64,000 bases of DNA from Escherichia phage vB_EcoM-G3G7. A program made the position numbers and the translations under genes. The notes beneath the pieces were generated by a model that was not told the origin of the DNA, searched no databases, and saw only the letters and a program-made list of their open reading frames with translations. The stretch is from the sequence record MZ234040.1. One strand, written 5' to 3'. Positions within the stretch are counted from its first letter, which is position 1. Every line of letters starts with the position of its first letter. Of this stretch, positions 40,101 through 49,571 are shown piece after piece.

Positions 40101-41042
40101 TGGACGAATATTTGAATTAGTTGTTATAATGCGTAAACGTGCTTTACTATCCCCGTCAAACAATCTCCACAATTTCTCATTATCGTCAAACATCAAGAAA
40201 CCGTCAATCGATGTACGGCCTTCAATGGAATGAGTTCCAACTTCTTGTACTGAAGTCGTTTCATCGTATGTAGTAACAATTGTATGATAAAGTGGATTCA
40301 GTTTATCTAAATCAACGAAATTAATAATATCGCCATGATTAGCAAATCTCGGAAGTTTAACATTAATTGGTGCAGCAGAAGTAAATCTACGTACGATAAA
40401 ATCATTAGATTGTGCTTGATATGCAGTCGATGGAGTAACAATCGCAGCTTCTCTGCTATAATCAGCAATATACATTTGCCACAAACGATTATTAAAAATG
40501 AATACCATCTGTGACTTTGGATGAGTCATTAAAACTGAACGTACCTGTTCACCTCTAAAATTGACAATACTCTGATTTGAAGAATTTATTTTAACCTGAT
40601 TTATGCCAGGTTTTCCACCGATATCTTGAATTATTACGGTTTCTCCATCAAGCGGAGAAGGTGGTAAAGTAAACTCAATGTCATTGCCAACTGATGTATC
40701 TACTGAAATTGCTTCTCCGGATTTTAATTGATATGGTCCAGATGATACGGTTGTATATACGGCATCAGTACGTAATGCTTTCCAACGAATTCTATTAAAA
40801 TTTCCAGCAGGTTTTGGAATATTATCCGTTGCTGCCCAAAAACGATTATTATAAATGATTACAAAATCTTTTAAATATCCACGAGTTGGGTCATATTGCT
40901 GAACTGTGTTTTCTTGAATTAAGTAATCAACGTTAACACCGTCAGTTCCTACGGTACGGTCAGCTAAAGCTACGTTGATTATTTTATCGCCACCTGCGTC
41001 CAGACCATCTTCTGCTCTGAACTTTCTTTTAATCTCGGCCAT
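37173..41042 (-). CDS. 34: Long tail fibre proximal subunit gp34
   Basis: 1289 aa as T4 gp34; internal repeats of the TPKKL...ETRRG...IAT type. Confidence 0.9.
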   Translation of the reverse strand: MAEIKRKFRAEDGLDAGGDKIINVALADRTVGTDGVNVDYLIQENTVQQYDPTRGYLKDFVIIYNNRFWAATDNIPKPAGNFNRIRWKALRTDAVYTTVSSGPYQLKSGEAISVDTSVGNDIEFTLPPSPLDGETVIIQDIGGKPGINQVKINSSNQSIVNFRGEQVRSVLMTHPKSQMVFIFNNRLWQMYIADYSREAAIVTPSTAYQAQSNDFIVRRFTSAAPINVKLPRFANHGDIINFVDLDKLNPLYHTIVTTYDETTSVQEVGTHSIEGRTSIDGFLMFDDNEKLWRLFDGDSKARLRIITTNSNIRPNEEVMVFGANNGTTQTIELQLPTDISVGDTVKISMNYMRKGQTVKIKAAGEDKIASSVQLLQFPKRSEYPPEAEWVTVQELVFNGETNYVPVLQLAYIEDSDGKYWVVQQNVPTVERVDSLNNSTRARLGVIALATQAQANADLENSPQKELAITPETLANRTATETRRGIARIATTAQVNQNTTFSFADDLIITPKKLNERTATETRRGVAEIATQQETNTGTDDTTIITPKKLQARQGSETLSGIVTFVSTAGATPASSRELNGTNVYNKNTNNLVVSPKALDQYKATPTQQGAVILAVESEVIAGQSQEGWANAVVTPETLHKKTSTDGRIGLIEIATQSEVNTGTDYTRAVTPKTLNDRRATESLSGIAEIATQVEFDAGVDDTRISTPLKIKTRFNSTDRTSVVALSGLVESGTLWDHYTLNILEANETQRGTLRVATQVEAAAGTLDNVLITPKKLLGTKSTESQEGVIKVATQSETVTGTSANTAVSPKNLKWIVQSEPTWAATTLIRGFVKTSSGSLTFVGNDTVGSTQPLESYEKNGYAVSPYELNRVLANYLPLKAKAVDSNLLDGLDSLQFIRRDIAQTVNGSLTLTQQTNLSAPLVSSSTATFGGSVSANSTLTISNTGTATRLIFEKGPQTGTNPAQTMTVRVWGNQFSGESDTTRSTVFEVSDETSSHFYSQRNKAGNITFNINGTVTPINVNASGTLNANGVATFGNSVTATGEIISRSANAFRAINGNYGFIVRNDGSVTNFMLTASGDQTGGFNGLRPLAINNASGQVTIGESLIIAKGATISSGGLTVNSRIRSQGTKTSDLYTRAPTSDTVGFWSIDINDSATYNQFPGYFKMVEKTNEVTGLPYLERGEEVKSPGTLTQFGNTLDSLYQDWITYPTTPEARTTRWTRTWQKTKNSWSSFVQVFDGGNPPQPSDIGAIPSDNGIIGNLTIRDFLRIGNVRIIPDPVNKTVKFEWIE

Positions 41043-41076
41043 TCTCCCGGGCTCCTATTGTGTTTTCAATAATAAG

Positions 41077-41084
41077 TATTTATA
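41077..41084 (-). promoter_or_regulatory. Late promoter TATAAATA upstream of gene 34
   Basis: TATAAATA on the minus strand about 35 nt upstream of the gene 34 ATG. Confidence 0.5.
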
Positions 41085-41087
41085 CCT

Positions 41088-41117
41088 GTTTACTTTAAGA
41101 TTTAGATAGTATATAAT
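41088..41117 (+). promoter_or_regulatory. T4-type early promoter upstream of rnh
   Basis: GTTTAC 41088-41093, 18-nt spacer, TATAAT 41112-41117. Confidence 0.55.
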
Positions 41118-41146
41118 AGAAATCTCACTAATTGAACGAGGTTCAT

Positions 41147-42064
41147 ATGGATTTAGAAATGATGCTGGATGAAGATTACAAAGAAGGAATTTGCTTTATT
41201 GACTTTAGTCAAATTGCTCTTTCAACTGCTCTGGTAAACTTCCCAGATAAAGAAAAAATTAATTTATCAATGGTTCGTCATTTGATATTGAACTCAATTA
41301 AGTTTAATGTCAAAAAAGCAAAAACGCTTGGATACACTAAAATTGTGCTGTGTATTGATAACGCGAAATCTGGATACTGGCGTCGTGATTTTGCTTATTA
41401 TTATAAGAAAAACCGTGGAAAAGCACGAGAAGAATCTACTTGGGACTGGGAAGGTTATTTTGAATCCAGCCATAAAGTTATAGATGAATTGAAAGCTTAT
41501 ATGCCATACATTGTTATGGATATTGATAAGTATGAAGCAGATGACCATATTGCTGTTCTTGTTAAAAAGTTCTCTTTAGAAGGACACAAGATTTTAATCA
41601 TTTCGTCGGATGGTGACTTTACACAGCTTCACAAATATCCAAATGTTAAGCAATGGTCACCGATGCATAAGAAATGGGTTAAAATTAAAAGCGGTTCTGC
41701 TGAAATTGATTGTATGACTAAAATTCTTAAGGGTGACAAAAAGGATAACGTTGCTTCAGTTAAAGTACGTTCTGACTTTTGGTTTACCAGAGTTGAAGGT
41801 GAACGAACTCCTTCAATGAAAACTTCAATCGTTGAAGCTATTGCTAATGACCGTGAGCAAGCTAAGGTGCTTCTCTCAGAATCTGAGTATAATCGTTATA
41901 AAGAAAATTTAGTTCTAATTGATTTTGATTATATTCCTGATAATATTGCTTCAAACATTGTGAATTACTATAATTCATATAAATTACCACCGCGTGGCAA
42001 AATTTATTCATATTTTGTAAAAGCGGGTCTTTCTAAATTAACTAATAGCATTAATGAATTTTGA
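41147..42064 (+). CDS. rnh: RNase H (5'-3' exonuclease / flap endonuclease)
   Basis: 305 aa from ATG 41147, as T4 RNase H; ORF-track start 41132 is a TTG. Confidence 0.9.
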   Translation: MDLEMMLDEDYKEGICFIDFSQIALSTALVNFPDKEKINLSMVRHLILNSIKFNVKKAKTLGYTKIVLCIDNAKSGYWRRDFAYYYKKNRGKAREESTWDWEGYFESSHKVIDELKAYMPYIVMDIDKYEADDHIAVLVKKFSLEGHKILIISSDGDFTQLHKYPNVKQWSPMHKKWVKIKSGSAEIDCMTKILKGDKKDNVASVKVRSDFWFTRVEGERTPSMKTSIVEAIANDREQAKVLLSESEYNRYKENLVLIDFDYIPDNIASNIVNYYNSYKLPPRGKIYSYFVKAGLSKLTNSINEF

Positions 42065-42072
42065 GGTGAATA

Positions 42073-42342
42073 ATGGCTAAAAAAGAAATGGTTGAATTTG
42101 ATGAAGCTATCCATGGCGAAGACTTGGCTAAATTTATTAAAGAAGCATCTGATCATAAACTGAAAATTTCCGGTTATAATGAACTGATTAAAGATATTCG
42201 AATTCGTGCCAAAGATGAACTTGGCGTTGATGGTAAGATGTTTAATCGTCTATTAGCTTTGTATCATAAAGATAACCGTGATGTGTTTGAAGCTGAAACT
42301 GAAGAGGTAGTTGAACTTTATGACACAGTTTTCTCTAAATGA
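42073..42342 (+). CDS. dsbA: Double-stranded DNA-binding protein DsbA-like
   Basis: 89 aa as T4 DsbA; position between rnh and 33. Confidence 0.6.
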   Translation: MAKKEMVEFDEAIHGEDLAKFIKEASDHKLKISGYNELIKDIRIRAKDELGVDGKMFNRLLALYHKDNRDVFEAETEEVVELYDTVFSK

Positions 42343-42658
42343 CATTCGTCCGGTCGATGAGACCGGTCTTTCAGAAAAAGAACTTTCAATTAAGAAAGAA
42401 AAGGATGAAATAGCAAAGCTTCTTGATCGTCAAGAAAATGGATTTATTATTGAAAAAATGGTAGAAGAGTTTGGAATGAGTTATCTTGAAGCTACGACAG
42501 CATTCTTGGAAGAAAACTCTATTCCTGAAACTCAATTTGCTAAATTTATTCCTTCGGGGATAATTGAAAAAATCCAGTCAGAAGCTATTGACGAAAATCT
42601 TTTACGTCCTTCTGTTGTTCGTTGTGAAAAAACTAATACATTAGATTTTCTACTATGA
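42320..42658 (+). CDS. 33: Late transcription co-activator gp33
   Basis: 112 aa from ATG 42320, as T4 gp33. Confidence 0.7.
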   Translation: MTQFSLNDIRPVDETGLSEKELSIKKEKDEIAKLLDRQENGFIIEKMVEEFGMSYLEATTAFLEENSIPETQFAKFIPSGIIEKIQSEAIDENLLRPSVVRCEKTNTLDFLL

Positions 42659-43308
42659 TTAAACTCCGCATGCCTGCTGGTGGTGAAAGATACATTGATG
42701 GTAAATCAGTTTATAAATTATACTTAATGATAAAACAACATATGAATGGAAAGTATGATGTTATTAAGTATAATTGGTGCATGCGGGTGTCTGATGCCGC
42801 TTATCAAAAGCGAAGGGATAAGTATTTTTTCCAGAAGTTATCAGAAAAATATAAATTAAAGGAACTTGCTTTAATCTTTATAAGCAATCTTGTTGCTAAC
42901 CAGGATGCTTGGATTGGCGACATCTCTGACGCTGATGCACTTGTGTTTTATCGTGAATATATCGGACGCTTAAAGCAAATTAAATTTAAGTTTGAAGAAG
43001 ATATTCGCAACATTTATTATTTTAGTAAGAAAGTTGAAGTTTCTGCTTTTAAAGAAATCTTTGAGTATAATCCAAAAGTTCAATCAAGTTATATTTTTAA
43101 ACTACTTCAATCGAATATAATTTCGTTTGAAACGTTTATCTTGCTTGATTCGTTTTTAAATATAATTGATAAACACGATGAACAGACTGATAATTTAGTC
43201 TGGAATAATTATTCTATAAAGTTAAAGGCTTATAGAAAAATTTTAAATATTGATTCACAGAAAGCTAAAAATGTTTTCATTGAAACTGTGAAATCTTGTA
43301 AGTATTGA
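42655..43308 (+). CDS. 59: Helicase loader gp59
   Basis: 217 aa as T4 gp59; upstream of gene 32. Confidence 0.8.
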   Translation: MIKLRMPAGGERYIDGKSVYKLYLMIKQHMNGKYDVIKYNWCMRVSDAAYQKRRDKYFFQKLSEKYKLKELALIFISNLVANQDAWIGDISDADALVFYREYIGRLKQIKFKFEEDIRNIYYFSKKVEVSAFKEIFEYNPKVQSSYIFKLLQSNIISFETFILLDSFLNIIDKHDEQTDNLVWNNYSIKLKAYRKILNIDSQKAKNVFIETVKSCKY

Positions 43309-43309
43309 T

Positions 43310-43942
43310 ATGAATATAGTATATTGGTTTACATTTGAAGACCGTGTCAAAAATAAGACTCCGCCATACTACTATATCGGTAGTAAATTAAATTGCTCAT
43401 TTGAGAACGGAATAATATATGACTCTTCCGGAAAGGAATACTGGAGCTCATGTAAACAAAAAAGATTTTTGAATGCGCTAATGCTTCAAAAACCGAGCGT
43501 TAAAATAATTCAAATTGATGATGACTTGGATGTTATTGAAGCAGAACGAAAATACCAACTTGAAGTAAATGCCAGAGATAATCCAGACTATTTTAATCTG
43601 GTATATGCTGGTGGTGGATTTGGTGTGAGTGGTGAAACTCATCCAGCAAAAGACCCGGAAGTTAGAGAGCATATGAGATTGGCTAATTATATGAACCGTG
43701 ACGATTTTAGACCTTGGAAAACATCACGAGCTAATATAGAGTCTTGGAAATTATCTCATATTGCTTACGAGAATTATGTGTTATTATTATCCTCTAATCT
43801 GTACGGTAAAACTCCCGGATGGCGAAGAGTTAAAGGTAATATAAATATAACTGATACAACTGCTAAATCGATGGTAAAGTATTTCAACTCAGGTTGGATA
43901 CCTCTCGAAGACCCAGAGTATTGCGAATTATGCCAGCTATGA
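43310..43942 (+). CDS. Putative GIY-YIG-like homing endonuclease (Seg-like, at the T4 segG position)
   Basis: 210 aa; N-terminal IVYWF...YYIGSK resembles GIY...YIG; lies between 59 and 32. Confidence 0.4.
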   Translation: MNIVYWFTFEDRVKNKTPPYYYIGSKLNCSFENGIIYDSSGKEYWSSCKQKRFLNALMLQKPSVKIIQIDDDLDVIEAERKYQLEVNARDNPDYFNLVYAGGGFGVSGETHPAKDPEVREHMRLANYMNRDDFRPWKTSRANIESWKLSHIAYENYVLLLSSNLYGKTPGWRRVKGNINITDTTAKSMVKYFNSGWIPLEDPEYCELCQL

Positions 43943-43996
43943 GGTAAAGTGTCATAGCACCAACTGTTAATTAAATTAAATTAAAAAGGAAATAAA

Positions 43997-44902
43997 ATGT
44001 TTAAACGTAAATCTACTGCTGAACTTGCTGCACAAATGGCTAAACTGAATGGCAATAAAGGTTTTTCTTCTGAAGATAAAGGCGAGTGGAAACTGAAACT
44101 CGATAATGCGGGTAACGGTCAAGCAGTAATTCGTTTTCTTCCGTCTAAAAATGATGAACAAGCACCATTCGCAATTCTTGTAAATCACGGTTTCAAGAAA
44201 AATGGTAAATGGTATATTGAAACATGTTCATCTACCCATGGTGATTACGATTCTTGTCCAGTATGTCAGTACATCAGTAAAAATGATCTGTACAACACTG
44301 ACAATAAAGAGTACAGTCTTGTTAAACGTAAAACTTCTTACTGGGCTAATATTCTTGTTGTAAAAGACCCAGCTGCTCCAGAAAATGAAGGTAAAGTATT
44401 TAAATATCGTTTCGGTAAGAAAATCTGGGATAAAATCAACGCGATGATTGCGGTTGATGTTGAAATGGGTGAAACTCCGGTTGATGTAACTTGTCCGTGG
44501 GAAGGTGCTAACTTTGTACTGAAAGTTAAACAAGTTTCTGGTTTTAGTAACTACGACGAATCTAAATTCCTGAATCAATCTGCGATTCCAAACATTGACG
44601 ATGAATCTTTCCAGAAAGAACTGTTCGAACAAATGGTTGACCTTTCTGAAATGACTTCTAAAGATAAATTCAAATCGTTTGAAGAACTGAGCACTAAATT
44701 CGGTCAAGTTATGGGAACTGCTGTGATGGGCGGTGCCGCTGCAACTGCTGCTAAGAAAGCTGATAAAGTTGCTGATGATTTGGATGCATTCAATGTTGAT
44801 GACTTCAATACAAAAACTGAAGATGATTTTATGAGCTCAAGCTCTGGCAGTTCATCTAGTGCTGATGACACGGACCTGGATGACCTTTTGAATGACCTTT
44901 AA
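43997..44902 (+). CDS. 32: Single-stranded DNA-binding protein gp32
   Basis: 301 aa as T4 gp32; zinc-binding H...C...C...C region; acidic C-terminal tail. Confidence 0.9.
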
Positions 44903-44924
44903 TGGATTATATTACTAATTAATT

Positions 44925-44949
44925 GGGGACCCTAGAGGTCCCCTTTTTT
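44925..44949 (+). terminator. Intrinsic terminator after gene 32
   Basis: ggggacc-ctaga-ggtcccc followed by TTTTTT. Confidence 0.7.
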
Positions 44950-44973
44950 ATTTTAAAAATTTTTCACAAAACT

Positions 44974-45003
44974 GTTTACATCCTTGTTCTTCCATGGTAC
45001 TAT
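44974..45003 (+). promoter_or_regulatory. T4-type early promoter with AT-rich upstream element
   Basis: AAAAATTTTTCACAAAAC, GTTTAC 44974-44979, 18-nt spacer, TACTAT 44998-45003. Confidence 0.6.
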
Positions 45004-45046
45004 ACAACTATCGGCAATACTGCTGATGATTAAAGAGGAAAACAAT

Positions 45047-45274
45047 ATGGCTAAAGTTGATATTGACATCGTTGATTTTGAATATATTGAAGAGATTATT
45101 CGTAATCGTTATCCTGAACTTAGTATCACAAGCGTGCAAGATTCTAAGTTTTGGAGTATTCAAATCGTTATTGAAGGTCCTCTTGAAGACCTCACCCGCT
45201 TTATGGCTAATGAATATTGTGATGGTATGGATGCTGAAGACACAGAATTTTACATGGGAATGATTGAACAATAA
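45047..45274 (+). CDS. Hypothetical acidic protein, 75 aa
   Basis: ATG 45047 after AGAGGAA. Confidence 0.4.
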   Translation: MAKVDIDIVDFEYIEEIIRNRYPELSITSVQDSKFWSIQIVIEGPLEDLTRFMANEYCDGMDAEDTEFYMGMIEQ

Positions 45275-45280
45275 TTATCA

Positions 45281-45298
45281 AGGGGCTATTAAGCCCCT
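45281..45298 (+). terminator. Hairpin aggggc-tattaa-gcccct (no T-run)
   Basis: 6-bp GC-rich stem. Confidence 0.3.
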
Positions 45299-45319
45299 AT
45301 TAAAATGAGGAAAATCAAA

Positions 45320-45706
45320 ATGGAAATCGGCAAAAAATACGAGTTAAATCCACACCGTATTAAATCTTTCATTGATATTAGTTCATCAAATGCTAATATG
45401 GTCGGCATCATTCAAGAAAATGGTGGTTGGTTTGAAGTTAAATCAATATCAAGTTTAGATGGCTTTGATTATGTAACCGAAATCATTTGTGCTAATGGTG
45501 AAATCTATAATGATGATGGTATGGGTGATGATTATTTTGAACTTAGTGAAGAAGAGTTTTATTGTTTCCGCGAATATAAAGAACCAACTTCTGAAGAAGA
45601 TGAAGTCAAAGACAAGGTTTCTGGCGTAACAAAAATTCACTGCATTGTTGACGAAAACAATGTAGATGAAATCATTGAACTTTTGCGAAAAACTTTCAAA
45701 AAGTAG
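45320..45706 (+). CDS. Hypothetical acidic protein, 128 aa
   Basis: ATG 45320 after GAGGA. Confidence 0.45.
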   Translation: MEIGKKYELNPHRIKSFIDISSSNANMVGIIQENGGWFEVKSISSLDGFDYVTEIICANGEIYNDDGMGDDYFELSEEEFYCFREYKEPTSEEDEVKDKVSGVTKIHCIVDENNVDEIIELLRKTFKK

Positions 45707-45735
45707 TTTACAGAAGGGTAGTAGTGTGATACTAT
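45706..45735 (+). promoter_or_regulatory. T4-type early promoter
   Basis: GTTTAC 45706-45711, 18-nt spacer, TACTAT 45730-45735. Confidence 0.55.
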
Positions 45736-45844
45736 TACCCTATCAAAACTAATGGAGAAAAGAAAATGTTCGCACCTTATATTATGGCAGCAGTTATGTT
45801 GGTCTGTTTATATCTTTTGATTAAAGCTTGCTAAGGAGAATAAA

Positions 45845-46087
45845 ATGAGATTACAACGCCAGAGCATCAAAGATTCAGAAGTTAGAGGTAAATGGTATTT
45901 TAATATCATCGGTAAAGATTCTGAGCTTGTTGAAAAAGCTGAACGCCTTTTACGCGATATGGGGTGGGAAGATGAATGTGATGGATGTCCTCTTTATGAA
46001 GATGGAGAAAGCGCGGGATTTTGGATTTACTATTCTGACGTTGAACAGTTTAAAGCTGATTGGAAAATTGTGAAAAAGTCTGTTTAA
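45845..46087 (+). CDS. Hypothetical protein, 80 aa
   Basis: ORF with AGGAGAA upstream. Confidence 0.4.
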   Translation: MRLQRQSIKDSEVRGKWYFNIIGKDSELVEKAERLLRDMGWEDECDGCPLYEDGESAGFWIYYSDVEQFKADWKIVKKSV

Positions 46088-46097
46088 GGAAAATAAT

Positions 46098-47126
<1,029 letters not shown>

Positions 47127-47127
<1 letters not shown>

Positions 47128-47675
47128 TGAAACAATACCAATTTTTAATTAAAGATATCCTGGAAAATGGCTACGAAACCGATGACCGAACAGGCACAGG
47201 AACAATTGCTTTGTTCGGTACTAAATTACGCTGGGATTTAACTAAAGGTTTTCCTGCGGTAACAACTAAGAAGCTCGCCTGGAAAGCTTGCATTGCTGAG
47301 CTACTTTGGTTTTTATCAGGAAGCACAAATGTCAATGATTTACGATTAATTCAGCATGATTCGTTAATCCAAGGCAAAACAGTTTGGGATGAAAATTACG
47401 AAAATCAGGCAAAAGATTTAGGATACCATAGTGGTGAACTTGGCCCAATTTATGGAAAACAGTGGCGCGATTTTGGCGGTGTAGACCAAATTATAGAAGT
47501 TATTGATCGTATTAAAAAACTACCAAGTGATAGGCGTCAAATTGTTTCTGCGTGGAATCCAGCTGAACTCAAGCAGATGGCATTACCGCCTTGTCATATG
47601 TTCTATCAGTTTAATGTGCGTAATGGCTATTTGGATTTGCAGTGGTATCAACGATCAGTAGATGTTTTCTTGGGT
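47127..47675 (+). CDS. td: Thymidylate synthase, exon 1
   Basis: ATG 47127 (MKQYQ...); exon ends ...VDVFLG at the 5' splice site after U 47675; active-site PPCH present. Confidence 0.9.
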
Positions 47676-48691
47676 TAATTGAGGCCTGAGTATAAGGTGA
47701 CTTATACTTGTAATCTATCTAAACGGGGAACCTCTCTAGTAGACAATCCCGTGCTAAATTGTAGGACTGCCCTTTAATAAATACTTCTATATTTAAAGAG
47801 GTATTTATGAAAAGCGGAATTTATCAGATTAAAAATACTTTAAACAATAAAGTATATGTAGGAAGTGCTAAAGATTTTGAAAAGAGATGGAAGAGGCATT
47901 TTAAAGATTTAGAAAAAGGATGCCATTCTTCTATAAAGCTTCAGAGGTCTTTTAACAAACATGGTAATGTGTTTGAATGTTCTATTTTGGAAGAAATTCC
48001 ATATGAGAAAGATTTGATTATTGAACGAGAAAATTTTTGGATTAAAGAGCTTAATTCTAAAATTAATGGATACAATATTGCTGATGCAACGTTTGGTGAT
48101 ACATGTTCTACGCATCCATTAAAAGAAGAAATTATTAAGAAACGTTCTGAAACTGTTAAAGCTAAGATGCTTAAACTTGGACCTGATGGTCGGAAAGCTC
48201 TTTACAGTAAACCCGGAAGTAAAAACGGGCGTTTGAATCCAGAAACCCATAAGTTTTGTAAGTGCGGTGTTCGCATACAAACTTCTGCTTATACTTGTAG
48301 TAAATGCAGAAATCGTTCAGGTGAAAATAATTCATTCTTTAATCATAAGCATTCAGACATAACTAAATCTAAAATATCAGAAAAGATGAAAGGTAAAAAG
48401 CCTAGTAATATTAAAAAGATTTCATGTGATGGGGTTATTTTTGATTGTGCAGCAGATGCAGCTAGACATTTTAAAATTTCGTCTGGATTAGTTACTTATC
48501 GTGTAAAATCTGATAAATGGAATTGGTTCTACATAAATGCCTAACGACTATCCCTTTGGGGAGTAGGGTCAAGTGACTCGAAACGATAGACAACTTGCTT
48601 TAACAAGTTGGAGATATAGTCTGATCTGCATGGTGACATGCAGCTGGATATAATTCCGGGGTAAGATTAACGACCTTATCTGAACATAATG
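47676..48691 (+). mobile_element. Group I self-splicing intron of td carrying the I-TevI homing endonuclease ORF
   Basis: 1016 bp; begins TAATTGAGGCCTGAGTATAAGGTG and ends ...AACATAATG; exon junction restores ...FLG/LPFNIA... Confidence 0.9.
47807..48544 (+). CDS. I-TevI: Intron-encoded GIY-YIG homing endonuclease I-TevI
   Basis: 245 aa; GIYQI...VYVGS motif; C-terminal zinc finger CKCG...CSKC. Confidence 0.9.
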   Translation: MKSGIYQIKNTLNNKVYVGSAKDFEKRWKRHFKDLEKGCHSSIKLQRSFNKHGNVFECSILEEIPYEKDLIIERENFWIKELNSKINGYNIADATFGDTCSTHPLKEEIIKKRSETVKAKMLKLGPDGRKALYSKPGSKNGRLNPETHKFCKCGVRIQTSAYTCSKCRNRSGENNSFFNHKHSDITKSKISEKMKGKKPSNIKKISCDGVIFDCAADAARHFKISSGLVTYRVKSDKWNWFYINA

Positions 48692-49003
48692 CTTCCATTT
48701 AATATTGCATCATATGCTACGTTAGTTCATATTGTAGCTAAGATGTGTAATCTTATTCCGGGAGATTTGATATTTTCCGGTGGTAATACTCATATCTATA
48801 TGAATCACGTAGAACAATGTAAAGAAATTTTGCGTCGTGAACCTAAAGAGCTTTGTGAACTGGTAATAGGCGGATTGCCTTATAAATTCCGCTATCTTTC
48901 TACTAAAGAACAATTGGAATACATTCTTAAACTCAGGCCTAAAGATTTCGTTCTCAAAGATTATCAGTCCCACGGCGTCTTGAAAGGAAAAATGGCGGTG
49001 TAA
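48692..49003 (+). CDS. td: Thymidylate synthase, exon 2
   Basis: Starts LPFNIASYATL...; the two exons together give 286 aa as T4 Td. Confidence 0.9.
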   Translation, partial: LPFNIASYATLVHIVAKMCNLIPGDLIFSGGNTHIYMNHVEQCKEILRREPKELCELVIGGLPYKFRYLSTKEQLEYILKLRPKDFVLKDYQSHGVLKGKMAV

Positions 49004-49026
49004 TTTTAATTTAATTGTGAGGATTT

Positions 49027-49290
49027 ATGATTTTACGATTTAAAGATACTTCTGGTGTAGTTCTTTTTACACTTCCTAACCCAAGTGAGTTAGAAGTTCC
49101 AGGACCAAATCAGCCTATTATCATTTATGGCAAAAAATATTATACTCATAAAATGACTCGTGAGTATTTTGATAATAAAATTTCCACAGTTAAAACTTCT
49201 TCTGACTGTTACTACGATATTACTGTTTTAACGGAAAAACAATATGCCGAATTATCACCGCGCGGGCCGTCTATGTCGGGTAGTGAATAA
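49027..49290 (+). CDS. Hypothetical protein, 87 aa
   Basis: ORF with GAGGA upstream. Confidence 0.4.
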   Translation: MILRFKDTSGVVLFTLPNPSELEVPGPNQPIIIYGKKYYTHKMTREYFDNKISTVKTSSDCYYDITVLTEKQYAELSPRGPSMSGSE

Positions 49291-49322
49291 ATACAAATCC
49301 GACTTTGATGTGAATATTCACC

Positions 49323-49571
49323 GTGGTACATTTTGGGGAAATTACGTCGGTAAAGATGCTGGCAGCCGGGAGGCTGCCATTGAATTATTCAAAAAAAGAT
49401 TTTATACGTCGAATTAAATCCGGAGAAATAACTAAAGCACATTTAGAGCCTTTACGTGGAATGAGGCTAGGATGCACATGTAAACCAAAGCCGTGTCATG
49501 GTGATATAATAGCTCATATAGTTAACCGACTGTTTAAAGACGATTTTCAAGTTGAGGACTTATGCAATTAA
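49323..49571 (+). CDS. Hypothetical protein, 82 aa
   Basis: ORF overlapping the nrdA start. Confidence 0.35.
   Translation: MVHFGEITSVKMLAAGRLPLNYSKKDFIRRIKSGEITKAHLEPLRGMRLGCTCKPKPCHGDIIAHIVNRLFKDDFQVEDLCN

Noticed and set aside
44228-44707. 159-aa minus-strand ORF inside gene 32
   Set aside because: Antisense to the ssDNA-binding protein gene; no translation signals.
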